Below are positions 1-14,979 of a DNA stretch of 64,000 nt, one piece after another. Both the position numbers and the translations under genes were made by a program. Numbering within the stretch: position 1 is the first letter of the stretch; every line of letters starts with the position of its first letter. Origin of the DNA: Octopus vulgaris (taxonomy: Eukaryota); the NCBI GenBank assembly GCA_951406725.2, contig OX597819.1, positions 11,408,001 to 11,472,000 of the forward strand. The letters run 5' to 3'. The notes below the pieces were generated by a model that did not search any database, was not told the DNA's origin, and was given only the letters and a program-made list of their open reading frames with translations.

Positions 1-146
<146 letters not shown>

Positions 147-545
147 CATATGTATGTATGTTTGTGTGTGTGTAAAATCAATGAATGGAACTTATGGGTT
201 TATCTGTACGTACGGTATATATACAAAAACCTTTATGCGTCTATACATAGACGGATAGGCATAATACAAGGCTACACAAGAGTTCACACACATATATAGA
301 TGCCAGCGATTACAGGACCACTTGGTTATGTAACTAACTGCCTTCGTATTAATGTCGAGAAAATGGGCTCCATAAAACCATAAAGGACACGGGTAATTAA
401 GAAATTACATTTAGGAGCCATTAATGGAACAATAAAATTATGCAAAACATTCCTGAAGATCAGTCACGTGTAATTTAACATACTCAGGTGTGTGTTGTGT
501 GTGTGTGTGTGCGTGGGAGAGAGAGAGAGAAAGAGAGAGAGAGAG

Positions 546-577
<32 letters not shown>

Positions 578-779
578 TAAGAGAGAGAGAGTGAGAGAGA
601 GAGAGAGAGAGAGAAGGAGTGAGAGTGAGAGTGAGAGAGAGAGAAAGTGTGTGTGTGTAAATTCCAATGAAAACAATTGTTTACGGTTTAGAAACCGGTA
701 TTTTTTTCAATTAGTGAGAAATTTAAAATATATAATTAGAATAGTTTATTAATTGGTGTTGTATATGTAAATAAATACA

Positions 780-1006
780 TACATGAGGCCAGCTGGACAT
801 GGACACCGGCATTCAGAGTTGATACAGCACTCAGTGCCCTTGTGGGAGCTCCTACACGGACACACTGGAAGAGGGAGACCGAGGACGACATGTTGGTGCT
901 CTAAGGACAGACATTGGTCTCTGGGATATCAGGACATGGCAGCGATGATGAAGGACAAAGACCGCTGAAGAAAACTCGTCCATGGATCTCGGGAATTTTA
1001 CTCGCC
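780..1006 (+). mobile_element. Degenerate 3' fragment of an RTE-clade LINE
   Basis: Translation RPAGHGHRHSEL...LWELLHGHTGRGRPRTT...MAAMMKDKDR resembles the RTE C-terminal AGH..RH.E...LWEP.HG...RGRP...DR motif. Confidence 0.6.
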
Positions 1007-1021
1007 TTAGATAGATAGTCT

Positions 1022-1140
<119 letters not shown>

Positions 1141-1144
1141 CGAC

Positions 1145-1375
1145 AGGCGGCGAGCTGGCAGAAACGTTAGCGCTCCGGGCGAAATGCTTAGCGGTATTTC
1201 GTCTGCCGTTACATTCTGGGTTCAAATTCCGCCGAGGTCGACTTTGCCGTTCATCATTTCGGGGACGATAAATAAAGTACTAGTTACGCACTGGGGTCGA
1301 TGTCATCGACTCAATCCTTTTGTCTGTCCTTGTTTGTCCCATCTGTGTTTAGCCCCTTGTGGGCAATAAAGAAAT

Positions 1376-1378
<3 letters not shown>
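1145..1378 (+). mobile_element. tRNA-derived SINE family A, full copy inside (GATA)n
   Basis: Head GGCGGCGAGCTGGCAGAA, B-box-like GGTTCAAATTCC, central GTCGACTTTGCC(T)TTCATC.TTTCGGGG..GATAAA, tail AGCCCCTTGTGGG.AATAAAGAAATA. More than 10 related copies occur in the window. Confidence 0.9.
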
Positions 1379-1408
<30 letters not shown>

Positions 1409-1480
1409 GGATGGATGGATGGATGGATGGATGGATGGATGGATAGATAGATAGAGAGATAGATAGACAGATAGATAGAG

Positions 1481-1571
<91 letters not shown>

Positions 1572-1950
1572 CAGACACATACATTGAAACACGCTCACTC
1601 AGTGTAGACAATACCATGTCTTTCAGCAACAAAGACAAATGAAGATAAATCATATACGATGAAAAAAAGAATAAATGATTTAATGAAATTAGGTCTGCTT
1701 CGAGAGAAGATAGAGCAATCAGTTGGCTTTAATAGGGGTCGACTCCAGATGAGGAGAGAATCTCAAGAGTCAGCAATTCTCCAAATCTAACGTGTCAATA
1801 ATGAAAAGACTGCCTGATTGTGGAAGGAAAAGAGGATAGGTGTGAGGAGACGTTTCTGCCTCAACACTCATCAATGCATAACATTTGCGCTACTTTGTAA
1901 CTGGCAGATGAGATATTTATAAAGAGCAGAACACATATATGACCCAATAT

Positions 1951-2330
1951 GTTAGTTAGTTAGTTAGTTAGTTAATTTGGCTCAAAAGCAAAAAGCAAGG
2001 CCATGTAGGGGGACATGGAGTTAAGTACAGGGTGGTGTTCATGTAAAGAGTTCAGGCCACTTGAGGTCAAGGGAGACTTTGAACCGAGCGGTCGTCGGCA
2101 TCTTCACCATCTCGTCTGGCAGCTTGTTCCACGGATCCGCAACCCGGACGGAGAAAGCACCTCTCCTTCGATTGAGATGAAATCGTCGCAGGTAGAGCTT
2201 CTCGGAATGACCCCGCAGCCGACGCTCTGGAGCAGGAGTGAAGAACAGCTCTTTCGAGAGGTTACACTTTCCGCTTATGATGTTGTGGGCGAGAATGAGA
2301 TCACCACGGCGGCGGCGTTTTTCTAGAGAA
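1951..2330 (-). mobile_element. 5'-truncated CR1-clade LINE with (CTAA)n 3' tail
   Basis: YSLEKRRRRGDLI...RGH..KL......R...FSVRV...WNKLP...V.....FK..LD is the typical CR1 ORF2 C-terminus; (TTAG)n at 1951-1973 on + is the tail. Confidence 0.88.
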
Positions 2331-2428
2331 TATGTATGCATGTATGTATGTACGTATGTATGTATGTATGTATGTATGTATGTATGTATGTATGTATGTA
2401 TGTATGTATGTATGTATGTATGTATGTA

Positions 2429-2465
<37 letters not shown>

Positions 2466-2970
2466 ATGTATGTATGTATGAGTGTATGTATGTATGTGTG
2501 TGTATGTATGTATGTATGTGTGTATATATGTATGTATGTATGTATGTGTGCATGTATGTATGTATGTTTGTATGTATGTATGTATATATGTATGTATGTA
2601 TGTATGTATGTTTGTATGTATGTATGTATGTATGTATGTTTGTTTGTATGTATGTATGTATGTATCTATGTATGTATGTATGTATGTATTTATGTATGTA
2701 TGTATGTATTTATGTATGTATGTATGTATGTATGTATGTATGTGTGTGTTTATGTATGTATGTATGTATGTGTGTATGTGTGTATGTATGTATGTATGTA
2801 TGTATGTATGTATGTATTATGTATGTATGTGTTATGTATGTATGTATGTATGTATGCGTATGTATGTATGTATGTATGTATGTATGTATGTATGTATGTA
2901 TGTATGTATGCATGCATGCATGCATGTATGTATGTATGTATGTATGTATTTATGTATGTGTGTATGTGTG
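2331..2970. repeat. Long degenerate (TATG)n microsatellite
   Basis: Direct reading. Confidence 0.97.
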
Positions 2971-3177
2971 GAGGACGGGAGGACTTAAATGACATGCAAA
3001 GGTACATGAAGCCCAGTTACAACTACAGCCGGCTATTACCAGTAAAGGTTTTAGCTGCCAATTTTGTACAAGACATTGTAGATCTTTAGCTGGGCTAAAA
3101 AGTCACATTCGATCACAGCACCAATAACTGTTAAGCTTCGTGCAATGGTCATACTCGATAACGAGGGGGCAGCCATA
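2971..3177 (+). mobile_element. 3' end of an RTE-type LINE with C2H2 zinc-finger remnant
   Basis: Frame reads GGLK*HAKVH...KGFSCQFCTRHCRSLAGLKSHIRSQHQ* (C2H2 at about 3056-3121), followed by a short 3' UTR and microsatellite. Confidence 0.65.
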
Positions 3178-3641
3178 ATGTATGTATGTATGTATGTATG
3201 TATGTATGTATGTATACGTGTGTGTGTGTGTGTGTATCCTCCGGAAAGACCTGGGAAACGTACACGGGATGGCTGTATGGAGGAAGATGTCTTCAGAACG
3301 AAAATGAATCTCCGACTGTCAAGATTCTCAGGTGAAACAATTTCCCAGCAGGAAACGCAAATAAGGGCAGCAACGCCAAACTATATCATTCACCAAATGC
3401 CATGTATTAAACGATTAATAAAGGTGTAGTAACAGCAACTGGCAGTGCCCCAGTATGGCCAGGGTTCTCGAGCTGAAACTATACACACACGCACACGCAC
3501 ACGCACACGCACACGCACACACACACACACAAGCACATACACATACACATATATATACATACATATACAAACATATATATATAGATATATATCAAAGTTC
3601 ACATGCTCGCATGTGTCTTTCATGTGTGTGCGTGCGTGTGT

Positions 3642-3691
<50 letters not shown>

Positions 3692-4893
3692 CATACATAG
3701 CGTAATTTCCATAAACATAAAAGAAAACACAGGAAGAACAGTGTTGACAAAAGTGGTATTGTTTTAGTGCTAGTGAATGTGAAATGAAAGTGATGTATAA
3801 AGCAACGTTTCGGACGCTGGATCTTCATCAAAAGGGGAGGGTCACAGATAGAGAAAGATAAGTGAGAGTGAAATGGTGTGTGTATAACAAAAAGAAAATA
3901 AAACATTGTTTTTTTGCATTTACAGATAATAGAGAAGTGATGCAGGAAAAAGGTGTAAGAAATTGGTGAAGAATGCATCATATGGCGAAATCGGAAGGGA
4001 GGGAGAAAAGAATGGGTGTGTAGACCAAAGTGTCAAAGTATTTCTCAGGCCGGATACGGGCGCAAGGGCGAATGGTGTAAGCATGAGTGTTGGGGTGGTG
4101 TATGTCTGAATATAGATGGGTGAAAATGTGGCGATGTGATGGAGTTGGTTAGCTTCGCTGTGGAGCGACGTTGTGTGTGCGTGTGCGTGTGTGTGTATGT
4201 AATTGTGTAGTGTGTGTGGTTGGAAGCGTGTGTTTGAATCTGTCATTCTTTCTGCATGTGTGGTCTTTTTATGGGTGAAACCCATGTTAACGAAGCGCTG
4301 TCGGATGGCCAGAGAAAGGTAGGAGGCTTTACTTATGTGTGTGAATGTGCATTAGCAAATACATGTAAGCATGCAGGGCTGGGAAAACAATATTTTCTCT
4401 CAGGAATGTGTTTGTGAAACAAGAGGCAAACTGTTAAAAATGTTTAAGATGCTAAAAATTCGGATATAAAGGAACAATTTCTACAGAGATCTGGTAATTA
4501 TGTAAACCAACACAGGCTGTGCATAGTCCGGAATAGGGAGATGTACTTATAGGGCCATCAAGCATACTTGGTGAGGTTGATGACTTTTGGACTCCCCTGG
4601 GGGATGAAAAACAAGATTTGTGAATGGTGGGTGAACTCAAGAGAGTCATCAACTAATCATTAGTGTGTATGTGTGTACGCGCGCGCGTGTGTGTATGTAT
4701 TTGATTGTGTATATGTGTGTGTAGACAATGCTATATGTGACACACAAAATTCTGTTTTGTATATGCACTTAAGCATATACATTCCTGTTTATTCCTCACC
4801 ATGTGTGACTAACACACACGCGTGCGCGCACCTACACATATTTAGATACGTACATATCTACATACATGAATACATATATACGTATATATATAC

Positions 4894-4956
<63 letters not shown>

Positions 4957-5049
4957 CACACACACACATATATATACATAATTATACATACACAGAGACA
5001 CACACACACACAGACATACACACACATATATATATACATGTATACATAC

Positions 5050-5094
<45 letters not shown>

Positions 5095-5102
5095 TGTATA
5101 TG

Positions 5103-5144
<42 letters not shown>

Positions 5145-5484
5145 TATATATGTATATGTATATATGTGTGTGTGTGTGTATACATATATACATATATATG
5201 TGTATATATATATATATATATACACATACACATGTATATATAGACGTACATACACACACACAAACACACTCACACTCACACACACACATGTACACGCCAT
5301 TATCTTGCACTCTGTGCATGTCGTTTGTATTCACAGACCCCATATGTATGTACAAACATGTATGGACATACATACCTTCTGTTCACATAAAGGAAGTGTT
5401 GTCTGTATATAAATGGGTCTGTGTAAAGTATGATCATTAATAAATTATTTTTGTACAACTGAATATGTAAAAAAATCACGTCTG

Positions 5485-5515
<31 letters not shown>

Positions 5516-5866
5516 TATGTATGCATGCATGCATGTATACACGTATATGTGTGTGAGAATGTGTATGTGAGTGCGTATAACCCCGCATATCTATACAGAT
5601 ACATAATTATTTCTGCATGTTTGCAGTGGTGTGTATATGTGTGTGGGTATGATGCACGCGTGTGTATATATGCATATGTGTTACGATTGTGACTGTATAC
5701 GTATAAGTTTATGTGTATGATAGTAAGCACATTTGCGTCTGTCGATATCTTTGCTACGTGTGTTTGAAAGAAAACTTCGAATGACCCGTCCTTGTTTTTC
5801 CTTGTCCCTTTTTTGTATCATCTAACCATCTGGATGTTTTGCGTTCTTGTCCCATTTTTTGTATTC

Positions 5867-5947
<81 letters not shown>

Positions 5948-5952
<5 letters not shown>

Positions 5953-6070
5953 ATCCCCCGACTATCGCGAGTATTACGTTCCAAATATCCCCCAACCCGC
6001 GATAGGGGAAAATCCGTGAAGTAGAAACAGTACGGCATATTTTTTCGCTACATTTGTAATTTGTGTATAC
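5948..6070. mobile_element. One end of a pogo/Tigger-like MITE (same family as 25012-25258)
   Basis: CAGTAATCCCCCGACTATCGCG...TTACGTTCCAAA...GAAAATCCGTGAAGTAGAAACAGTAC matches the reverse complement of the right end of the 25012 element. Confidence 0.75.
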
Positions 6071-6109
6071 TTCATTATTAATGCAAAGCAACACCACTAT
6101 ATATGTATA

Positions 6110-6330
6110 GTGGCACTTCGTCGGTTACAACGACGGAGGTTCCAGTTGATCCTATCAACGGAACAGCCAGTTCGTGAAATTAACGTGTAAGTTAAACTGA
6201 GCACTCCACAGACACGTGTACCCTTAATGTAATTCTCGGGAGAGATTCAGCGTGACACAGAGTGTGACAAGGCCGGTCCTTTGAAATACAGGTACAACAG
6301 AAACAAGAAGAGTGAAAGAAAGCTGTATTG
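6110..6330 (-). mobile_element. SINE family B, 3' part (tail type B1)
   Basis: Reverse-complement match to about 31120-31326. Confidence 0.85.
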
Positions 6331-6601
6331 AATGTTAGAGTTTCCAAGAAAAACAACTTCCGATAATTTTTTTTGCACTACCAACTATTTCAAAAATTCA
6401 GTTTCCGCAGGTGCTAACTTTGCCTTTCATCCCTCACAAGATAGAGGACTGGCCAAGTACTTGGGTCCGAGAGTTCCGACTTATCCCTTCTCCTCAAAAC
6501 CTCTCGCCATTTGCTCGAAACCAGAAACAATTATTATTATCATTAAAGAAATGGTAATAGGAATCTGTATGCTTTGGTGCATTTTCTTTCCTTTTTAAGA
6601 C

Positions 6602-6634
<33 letters not shown>

Positions 6635-6909
6635 TGTTGTTGTTGTTACTGCTGGTGTTATCGTCAGTGAGCTTTATCAAGAAAACGAATTTTCCTGAAA
6701 ATGGTCCGAGACACTCTTCAAGACATCGCCTACGAGAGGCCTAGTAATTAAAATGGTTCTATCGCTATGAGGTCTTGATAAAATAGTTGAGAAAAGCTAA
6801 AAGAGGTGGGGTAAGAGAGAGAGAGAGGGGGTGGAGAGAGAGAGAGAGAGACAGAAAGAAAGAGAACGGAAAAAGAGATAAAGACAAAAAGAGAGATATT
6901 GAGAGAAAG

Positions 6910-6960
<51 letters not shown>

Positions 6961-7264
6961 GAAAGCGTAGTGAAAGCAGAGTGAGATAGGGTTAGAGTAG
7001 TAATGGCGATATAGAATATTTTATAAAACTATGAGGTTGGTGGGGGGGGAGTAAGTTGCGTTAGTGTGAATAATTGTGTATATTAAATTCTGTTATTGTT
7101 TATTTGTGGACATCATATGCATTCACAGCTTATATGTGTGTGTGTGTGTTCGTGTTTGTATAGACATACCCACAAACATATTTACATTAATACAGGTGTA
7201 TATATGTGTGTGTGTGTGTGAGTGTGTCTGCGTATGTGTGTATTTGAGTAGGTGAATATATATA

Positions 7265-7322
<58 letters not shown>

Positions 7323-7325
<3 letters not shown>

Positions 7326-7525
7326 TTACTACCCACAAGGGGCTAAACACAGAGGGGACAAGCAAGGACAGACAAACGGATTAAGTCGATTACATCGACC
7401 TCAGTGTGTAACTGGTACTTAATTTTATCGACCCCGAAAGGATGAAAGGCAAAGTCAACCTCGGTGGAATTTGAACTCATAACGTAACGGCAGACGAAAT
7501 ATGGCTACGCATTTCGCCCGGCGCC
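7323..7525 (-). mobile_element. SINE family A copy
   Basis: Reverse-complement match to 1145-1378. Confidence 0.9.
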
Positions 7526-7586
7526 GATCTTCTGATTACCTCATTTCTTCTAATATATAATACCTGTACATCATCTCCAAACCTTA

Positions 7587-7701
<115 letters not shown>

Positions 7702-8461
7702 TATATGTTTATGAAGACAAAGAAAGGGAGACAGAGCAGTTAAAGCCGAACTCCAACGCGTTGACTGGCCGTTGCTTTTAAAATAAGAATAAAATAAAAA
7801 CAAACGGACTTTTCTCCTTGATTTATTTAGTTTGTACGTTAATCGTGAAACTCGTTTTTTACTGAGCACAATCTCTTATTATAAAAGGCAGATTTTATCT
7901 GCCTCCCTTTAAGGAGTTATACAAATCTACAATATAGGATTTCTTCAATTACAATTTACCTAGCAATTTTAAGAGTACAATGCATCGCGTCATGCCAGGT
8001 CCAGTTTTTAAAATTTAAACTCCAATTAAGCAAAATTTACAGAAAACTCACATTCTGGTGTGTGTGTCAAATGCTTTTCTTAGTCTGGTTTACACCACAC
8101 GCAAACGCACACACACAGTGGGCAACGAATAAAGTGAAACTAGATGTAATATTTAAAAAGAAAGCAGCAAACAGAAACAAATAAATACATAATGATTTAC
8201 TCCTCACACAATTTCTTCAATTACACTTTATTTCTTCAATTACACTTTACCTATGATTTTTCAAAGAACTTTCATTGGATCATGCCATACAAAATTTCTT
8301 TCAATTTCACCCCCAATTAAGACAAAATTCGAGAAAACTCAATATTTTAACATTTCACTTTGAAGCCTTTACTCTGCCTATTACTCCAACTTCCTCTTTA
8401 GACATATAGACACGCTAATATATATGACAGTGTCAATTGTTGACAGACATTGTAAGCTAAC

Positions 8462-8493
<32 letters not shown>

Positions 8494-8513
8494 GTCTGTG
8501 CGTGTGTGTCTGT

Positions 8514-8569
<56 letters not shown>

Positions 8570-9038
8570 CAGGGGTGAGCCATTCAGACTGGTCATCCAT
8601 TTTGGCGAGAAGATCCCTATTATAATACATCAGTTCCACACATTTACCCTGGATTCCATTTCGGACAACTGCACAAACATTTGCCATTTCACACATGTAT
8701 GTAAACAAATTCCTTTCTTTAAAAAATTTCAATTCATTTTCTTTTTTCAATTTACGTTTCTATACACTTTACGCAAATATTTGATTAAACAACTAAAACA
8801 CTTCACATTTCGAACATGTACGTAAACTACTTCCTTTATTGCAAATCTAACTTTCTTTTCTGGCTTTTAACTCAAATTTCTATACATTTTACACACTCTG
8901 TCGCTATACTTGCATAAAAAATTTCTTTCAGCTGCTAATATTTATTTCTTTTCCTTCCACGCTTTACATTTTTCCACATTTCATTCAAATTACAATTTCT
9001 ATCTTTAAGTAACTTTCACCCTTTCTTTTTCACATAAA

Positions 9039-12000
9039 ATGCCACCGAAAAAGAGAAGTCACATCGGCCGCCATACTGCAGCAGCAGCTGCGAAAAAGGC
9101 GAAGCGCAGCGCCATAAACGCTTCTGCTGTTGCTGCACAAAGGGCTTCTCGACTGGCTACAACCGCTGCGGTTGCTTCATACGATGCTGCTTCCACGGCT
9201 TCAGACGGTCCGGAAACAAGGTCGAAGCGCAGCGCCATAAACGCTTCTGCTGTTGCTGCACAAAGGGCTTCAGAGGACCCACAACAAAGGGCCACTCGAC
9301 TGGCTACAAACGCTGCGGTTGCTTCATACGATGCTGCTTCCACGGCTTCAGACGGTCCGGAAACAAGGTCGAAGCGCAACGCCATAAACGCTTCTGCTGT
9401 TGCTGCACAAAGGGCTTCAGAGGACCCACAACAAAGGGCCACTCGACTGGCTACAAACGCTGCGGTTGCTTCATACGATGCTGCTTCCACGGCTTCAGAC
9501 GGTCCGGAAACAAGGTCGAAGCGCAGCGCCATAAAGGCTTCTGCTGTTGCTGCACAAAGGGCTTCAGAGGACCCACAACAAAGGGCCACTCGACTGGCTA
9601 CAAACGCTGCGGTTGCTTCATACGATGCTGCTTCCACGGCTTCAGACGGTCCGGAAACAAGGTCGAAGCGCAGCGCCATAAAGGCTTCTGCTGTTGCTGC
9701 ACAAAGGGCTTCAGAGGACTCACAACAAAGGGCCACTCGACTGGCTACAAACGCTGCGGCTACTGCTGCTTCAACATTTTCGACACATTCCCACGACTCA
9801 GACCAGCAACGTTCTACATTCCAGCGGAACAGTCGACGCCGCGGTCTGACGAGTCCAAACAGACCTTACTGGCATCTACGTGCTTTCAAGTATGAGCTCA
9901 ACTTCAATTACTCGATGCACGCTGACATAAATATTGGGGAAATGTTCTTCAATTGCCAATTCTGCAATGCTAAAAAGTGGGCTGGGGAACCACCTGCGAT
10001 GTGCTGCTTAAACGGTAAGGTCAGCTTGCCCCCTCTTCGGGAGCTGCCAGACCCTTTGAAGGAATTACTTACTGGTTCCACCTCAAGGTCATCAAAATTC
10101 CTTCAACTCATCAGGAAATACAATTGTGCATTTCAGATGACTTCTTTCGGGGCTAACGTTGTCAGAGAAAGTGGTTGGATGCCTACTTTCAAGGTCCAGG
10201 GCCAGGTGTACCACCTTATTGGGTCACTCCAGCCACTACAAAATTGCAAACCTTCATTCATTCAAATTTATTTTATTACAAATTATAATAGGCAACTTGA
10301 TTTGCGTTTAGACGTAATTCCACAACATGCAAACACTAACGCTGACAATTTCGACAGGGACGTGCTGCTCACTCTGCAAAACATGCTTCATGACCACAAC
10401 AGCTATATTCGCAGTTTCAAATACGCCTTGGAAACAGCCCCTTCACCAACATTCACCATTGTCATCGATGCTGACAAAAGGCCTTCTGGGGAGCACGCGC
10501 GGCGATATAACGCTCCTTCGTGCAATGAAGTGGCCATAGTTCTCCATGGTGAACAGCACAAGCAGCGGGACATAGTTCTTCAAAGCCGCGACAGTGGTCT
10601 TCAGCGTATTAATGAGACGCATCGGTCATATGACGCCCTGCAGTATCCCCTTCTTTTTCCGTATGGAGAAGACGGGTACCATTTCGGCATTCCTCACCAC
10701 AAACCAAACGAGCCCTCGGCTGCGACATCTAAAACTGTTTCATGTATGGCTTTTTACTCATACCGCTTCATGACAAGGCATAATGATTTCAACCCCCTGC
10801 ACAGATCACGGCAACTGTTTCACCAATTTGCAGTTGACATGGCTGCAAAGATGGAGTCCGAGAGACTGGGCTTCATCAAATTGAATCAGAAGCAGCTGCG
10901 CTCAGACTCCTACATCCATTTGCGTGATGGCATCAGGAATGACACTGACGCCCGCAATATCGGCAAAATGTGCATTCTCCCCTCAACCTATACAGGGGGC
11001 CCACGGTACATGCACGAGCGAACGCAAGACGCTATGACTTACGTTCGGCATTATGGGCGACCCGATTTATTCATTACCTTTACATGTAACCCAAAGTGGG
11101 TTGAGGTAACGCGAGAACTTCTCCCAGGGCAGCAGTACTGTCATCGCCATGATATTATTGCAAGGGTTTTCAGGCAGAAACTGGCTAAGCTCATTCTTTT
11201 AATAAAAAAAGGCCAGGTTTTTGGGCCTGTTAACTGCCACATGTATACTGTTGAGTGGCAGAAAAGAGGGTTGCCACATGCGCACATTTTGCTTTGGTTG
11301 GTCAACAAAATAGACCCAACAGTTCTTGATGATCTCATTGCAGCAGAAATTCCGGACCCAACTGTTGACCGGCACCTGTACGACATTGTGAAGGCACACA
11401 TGGTACACGGTCCGTGCGGTCCTGGTTTTCAAAAGTTCTCCTCATGCCACAAAGACCACGTGTGCACTAAACGGTACCCAAAGAGGTTCGTGGACGAGAC
11501 CCAGACCGGCCGCGACGGATACCCACTGTACAGAAGAAGGCACCCTGACAATGGTGGATTCACTATAACGTTACGGGGTCATCAAGTGGATAATAGGTGG
11601 GTAGTGCCGTACTGTCCATTTCTGATGAAAACTTTTAACGCTCACATAAATGTGGAGTTCTGTCATTCAGTTAAGTCTATAAAGTATATATGCAAATATG
11701 TTAACAAGGGTTCTGACGCTGCCATGTTTGGCCTTCAAAAGGACAATAGCATGGACGAGGTGTCACAGTACATGGCAGGTCGGTACATAAGCAGTGGTGA
11801 AGCTTTTTGGCGGATATTCGGGTTTCCACTTCACCAAAGGCACCCCGCCATCATACAACTAGCGGTTCATTTGGAAAATGGCCAATGAATTTACTTTACT
11901 GAACAGACTGCAGCTGATTTGGCGGCAAATCCAAAACAAACAACTTTGACCGGTTTCTTTAGGCTTTGCCAACTTGACACATTTGCTAAAACACTTTTAT

Positions 12001-14010
12001 ACCCTCAGGTCCCGTCCTACTACGTGTGGTCAAACAACAATTGGGTGCGTAGGAAGTCGGGTCAGGATGTTGAAGGACATCCTGGTGTCAAGTTTAACAG
12101 TTGTCTAGGAAGAGTATACACTGTACCTCCAAACCAACATGACTGTTTTCACCTGCGCCTTCTCCTCCATGAGATTTTAGGCCCACAAAGTTTTCAAGAC
12201 ATCAGAACTGTTGATGGTGTATTATGTGATACTTTCCGTGAAGCCTGTTTTCGGCGTCGACTTTTGGAGGATGATTCACAATGGGGCGCCACTATGGCAG
12301 AAGGTGTTTCATTAAAATCTCCTAAAAAAATAAGATCGCTTTTCGTTATTCTATTACTATGGTGTGACTTGGCTAATCCCGCCTCTTTATGGCTTACCTA
12401 CAAAGATGATATGTCTGAAGATTTCCTGCATCACGCTCAATCGCTACATCCATCAATGGAGGTCGGGTACACTGACCTCATTTACAACAGGGCGCTGCTT
12501 GAAATCGAAGATACTGTACTCGATATGGGCGGTAGTGCCTTGCCGGTCTATGGCCTACCTTCAACAAACCGGGAAGGCACAAACACTCTGTCTTCACATT
12601 TGCTGCGTGAGACATGTTTTAATGTTGACGAGCTTGCCGAGTACATAGCCGACAATGAGCCAAAGCTCATTCCAGAACAGAAGTTCGCTTACAACTCCGT
12701 TGTTAATTCAGTCCGGGCCAAAGCTGGGGACATTTTTTCCTGGACGCTCCTGGGGGCACTGGGAAAACTTTTGTCAACAAATTAATATTGGCTGAGATTA
12801 GGCGAACACAAGGCATTGCCCTAGCTGTGGCATCATCTGGAATTGCGGCTACTTTGTTGCCAGGCGGCAGGACAGCTCACTCTACTTTCAAACTCCCACT
12901 TGACTTAGCGAAGACTGAGACACCAACTTGCAACATCAGTAACAGCTCCGATCAGGCAGAAGTCTTCAGACGATGCAAGCTTATCGTTTGGGATGAATGC
13001 ACGATGGCCCACAGAGGTGCTCTTGAGGTACTAGATAGATCTCTCAGAGACATCAAACACTCTTCAGCTCCCATGGGAGGCATAACACTTCTTCTTTCAG
13101 GGGACTTCCGACAAACACTTCCCGTTATTCCCAAAGGGACTAGAGCTGATGCTGTAAGTGCGTGTCTTAAGTGGTGAAGACTCTCAAACTTCACACCAAT
13201 ATGCGTGCTCATATGCGACGTGATATCACATCAGCAGCATTTTCTCACACCCTCCTTGCACTTGGCGAAGGCAAAATACCAGGGGATGAAAATGGTAATA
13301 TTGCCATCGATTCCATTTGTACCATTGTTAACACGCCTTCTGATCTCAGAGATGCAGTCTTCCCAGATCTACAAGCTAATTATCAGAATATGGATTGGAT
13401 TGGCCAAAGGGCTATTCTGGCCCCGAGGAATAAAACTGTTCACCATATTAATGATGAAATGCTAAAACTCATTCCTGGGGATGTCTATGTATATAAGTCT
13501 ATTGATACAACTCCTGACCCAGACGACGTCATCAATTATCCAATAGAGGTACTCAATTCCTTTGAGCCCCCCGGACTACCACCACACATTCTCAAACTTA
13601 AAGTTGGTGCCCCTATAATGCTCATTAGAAATTTGGTTCCCCCAAAACAATGTAATGGCACACGTTTGATCGTTAAGTCCTTATCTCCCAATCTGATTGA
13701 GGCCACCATTATCACAGGGTGCGGTCGAGGCAACGTTGTGCTCATACCTAGGATGCATCTTTTCCCATCAGGAGCAGACCTACCTTTCATATTTCGGAGG
13801 TCCCAGTTCCCAGTAAGGCCATGTTTCGCAATGTCAATTAACAAAGCGCAGGGTCAAACACTGTCTGTGGCAGGAATACATTTGGGAGAGCCATGTTTCT
13901 CTCATGGTCAGCTTTATGTTGGCTGCTCACGTGTCGGCAGCAACAGTGATGCTTTCGCATTCCTTCCACAACGAAAAACAAAAAACATTGTGTACAAGGA
14001 GGTTTTATAG
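9039..14010 (+). pseudogene. Helitron RepHel protein (HUH Rep plus PIF1-like SF1 helicase), disrupted
   Basis: Rep motifs DLFITFTCNPKW, VEWQKRGLPHAHIL and IKYICKYVNKG; helicase motifs DAPGGTGKT, IVWDE, GDFRQTLPV, FAMSINKAQGQT and HGQLYVGCSRV. Lesions: TGA at 11886-11888, frameshift in the T-run near 12733-12738, deletion/frameshift near 13171. Confidence 0.93.
9101..9760 (+). repeat. 147-bp (49-aa) coding tandem repeat, about 4.5 copies, in the RepHel N-terminus
   Basis: GAAGCGCA.CGCCATAAA recurs at 9101, 9224, 9371, 9518 and 9665; the first unit lacks 24 bp. Confidence 0.95.
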
Positions 14011-14979
14011 GATTACTACGTTTCATCATTTTCAAACACGTTAGTATTCCACTTACATACGACTCTCTTTTATGACGGCATTTACATTTCTAGGCGTTTC
14101 ATTACATTAATTCACACTTAACCAACACCTGTCCTTCGCTCAACTCTATTTCTATCCATTCATCATCAAACCACCAGCCTCATCTTCTATATCCAACGTA
14201 CATGACACATCTACCCCCTACATCTACACTCTCATTGTTAAAGTTTACATGAGCGACAACACGATCGCAACATACACTTTCGAAACTAATCAACAGATCA
14301 TTTTATACAACAACAAATTTAATCAAAACGCCCATCAATGAAAACATCTCCACCACTGTATTGTGATTCACCTAATCAGCACCACTACAGTCTTGCCGGT
14401 CTGACATATGGTGAGTAGATGCTATTGTTCTATATTTTATAAATTACACATATTTACTTACCCATGCTTCATTCCTCTCTTGCCTACATATGAAATCCAC
14501 TCTCTTTTAACACAGCATCAAGTTTTGTAACAGCACATCCGCTGCCATTCGTGCAAAACGAAGAGACCCTATTCACCTGCGAACGTTTTACATCGCCTTC
14601 CACGACTATCAAATTCTTACAATTATGAGAACAATAACATGGCTCATTTCAAGGCAACCTCACATTCAATTCTTACACCATTCTACGAGGGGGTAGGAAC
14701 ACCTTTACATGGCTTTCTATACACTTACAAATACATTCATTCGCCGTGAACTTATATCAATATTTGCCTGAATAATCATCATAATTCAGTGCAATCATTA
14801 ACAGTACTTTCAAGCAATTCAGCCCCGAGCAACGCCGGGCAATTCAGCTAGTAACTAATAAAATAGACTTCATCTATCTCACTCGCCTTCCATCATTTTC
14901 GTACAAAGGAGAAAAGTCCGTTTGTTCTTATGTTATTTTTATTTTAAAAATAACGGCCATTCAATACGTTGCAGTTCGG

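Larger units (their letters stand above)
7872..14851 (+). mobile_element. Full-length Helitron (rolling-circle transposon), 6980 bp
   Basis: 5' TC start (A|TCTCTTATTATAAAAG), 3' GC hairpin CCCGAGCAACGCCGGG then CTAG|T, inserted at an AT site with no TSD, internal RepHel ORF. Confidence 0.95.

Noticed and set aside
1951-1973. Telomere-like repeat
   Set aside because: It is (TTAG)n, the tail of the adjacent CR1 fragment, not TTAGGG.
9059-9736. 225-aa antisense ORF over the Helitron repeat
   Set aside because: It is the shadow of the stop-poor 147-bp coding repeat on the opposite strand.
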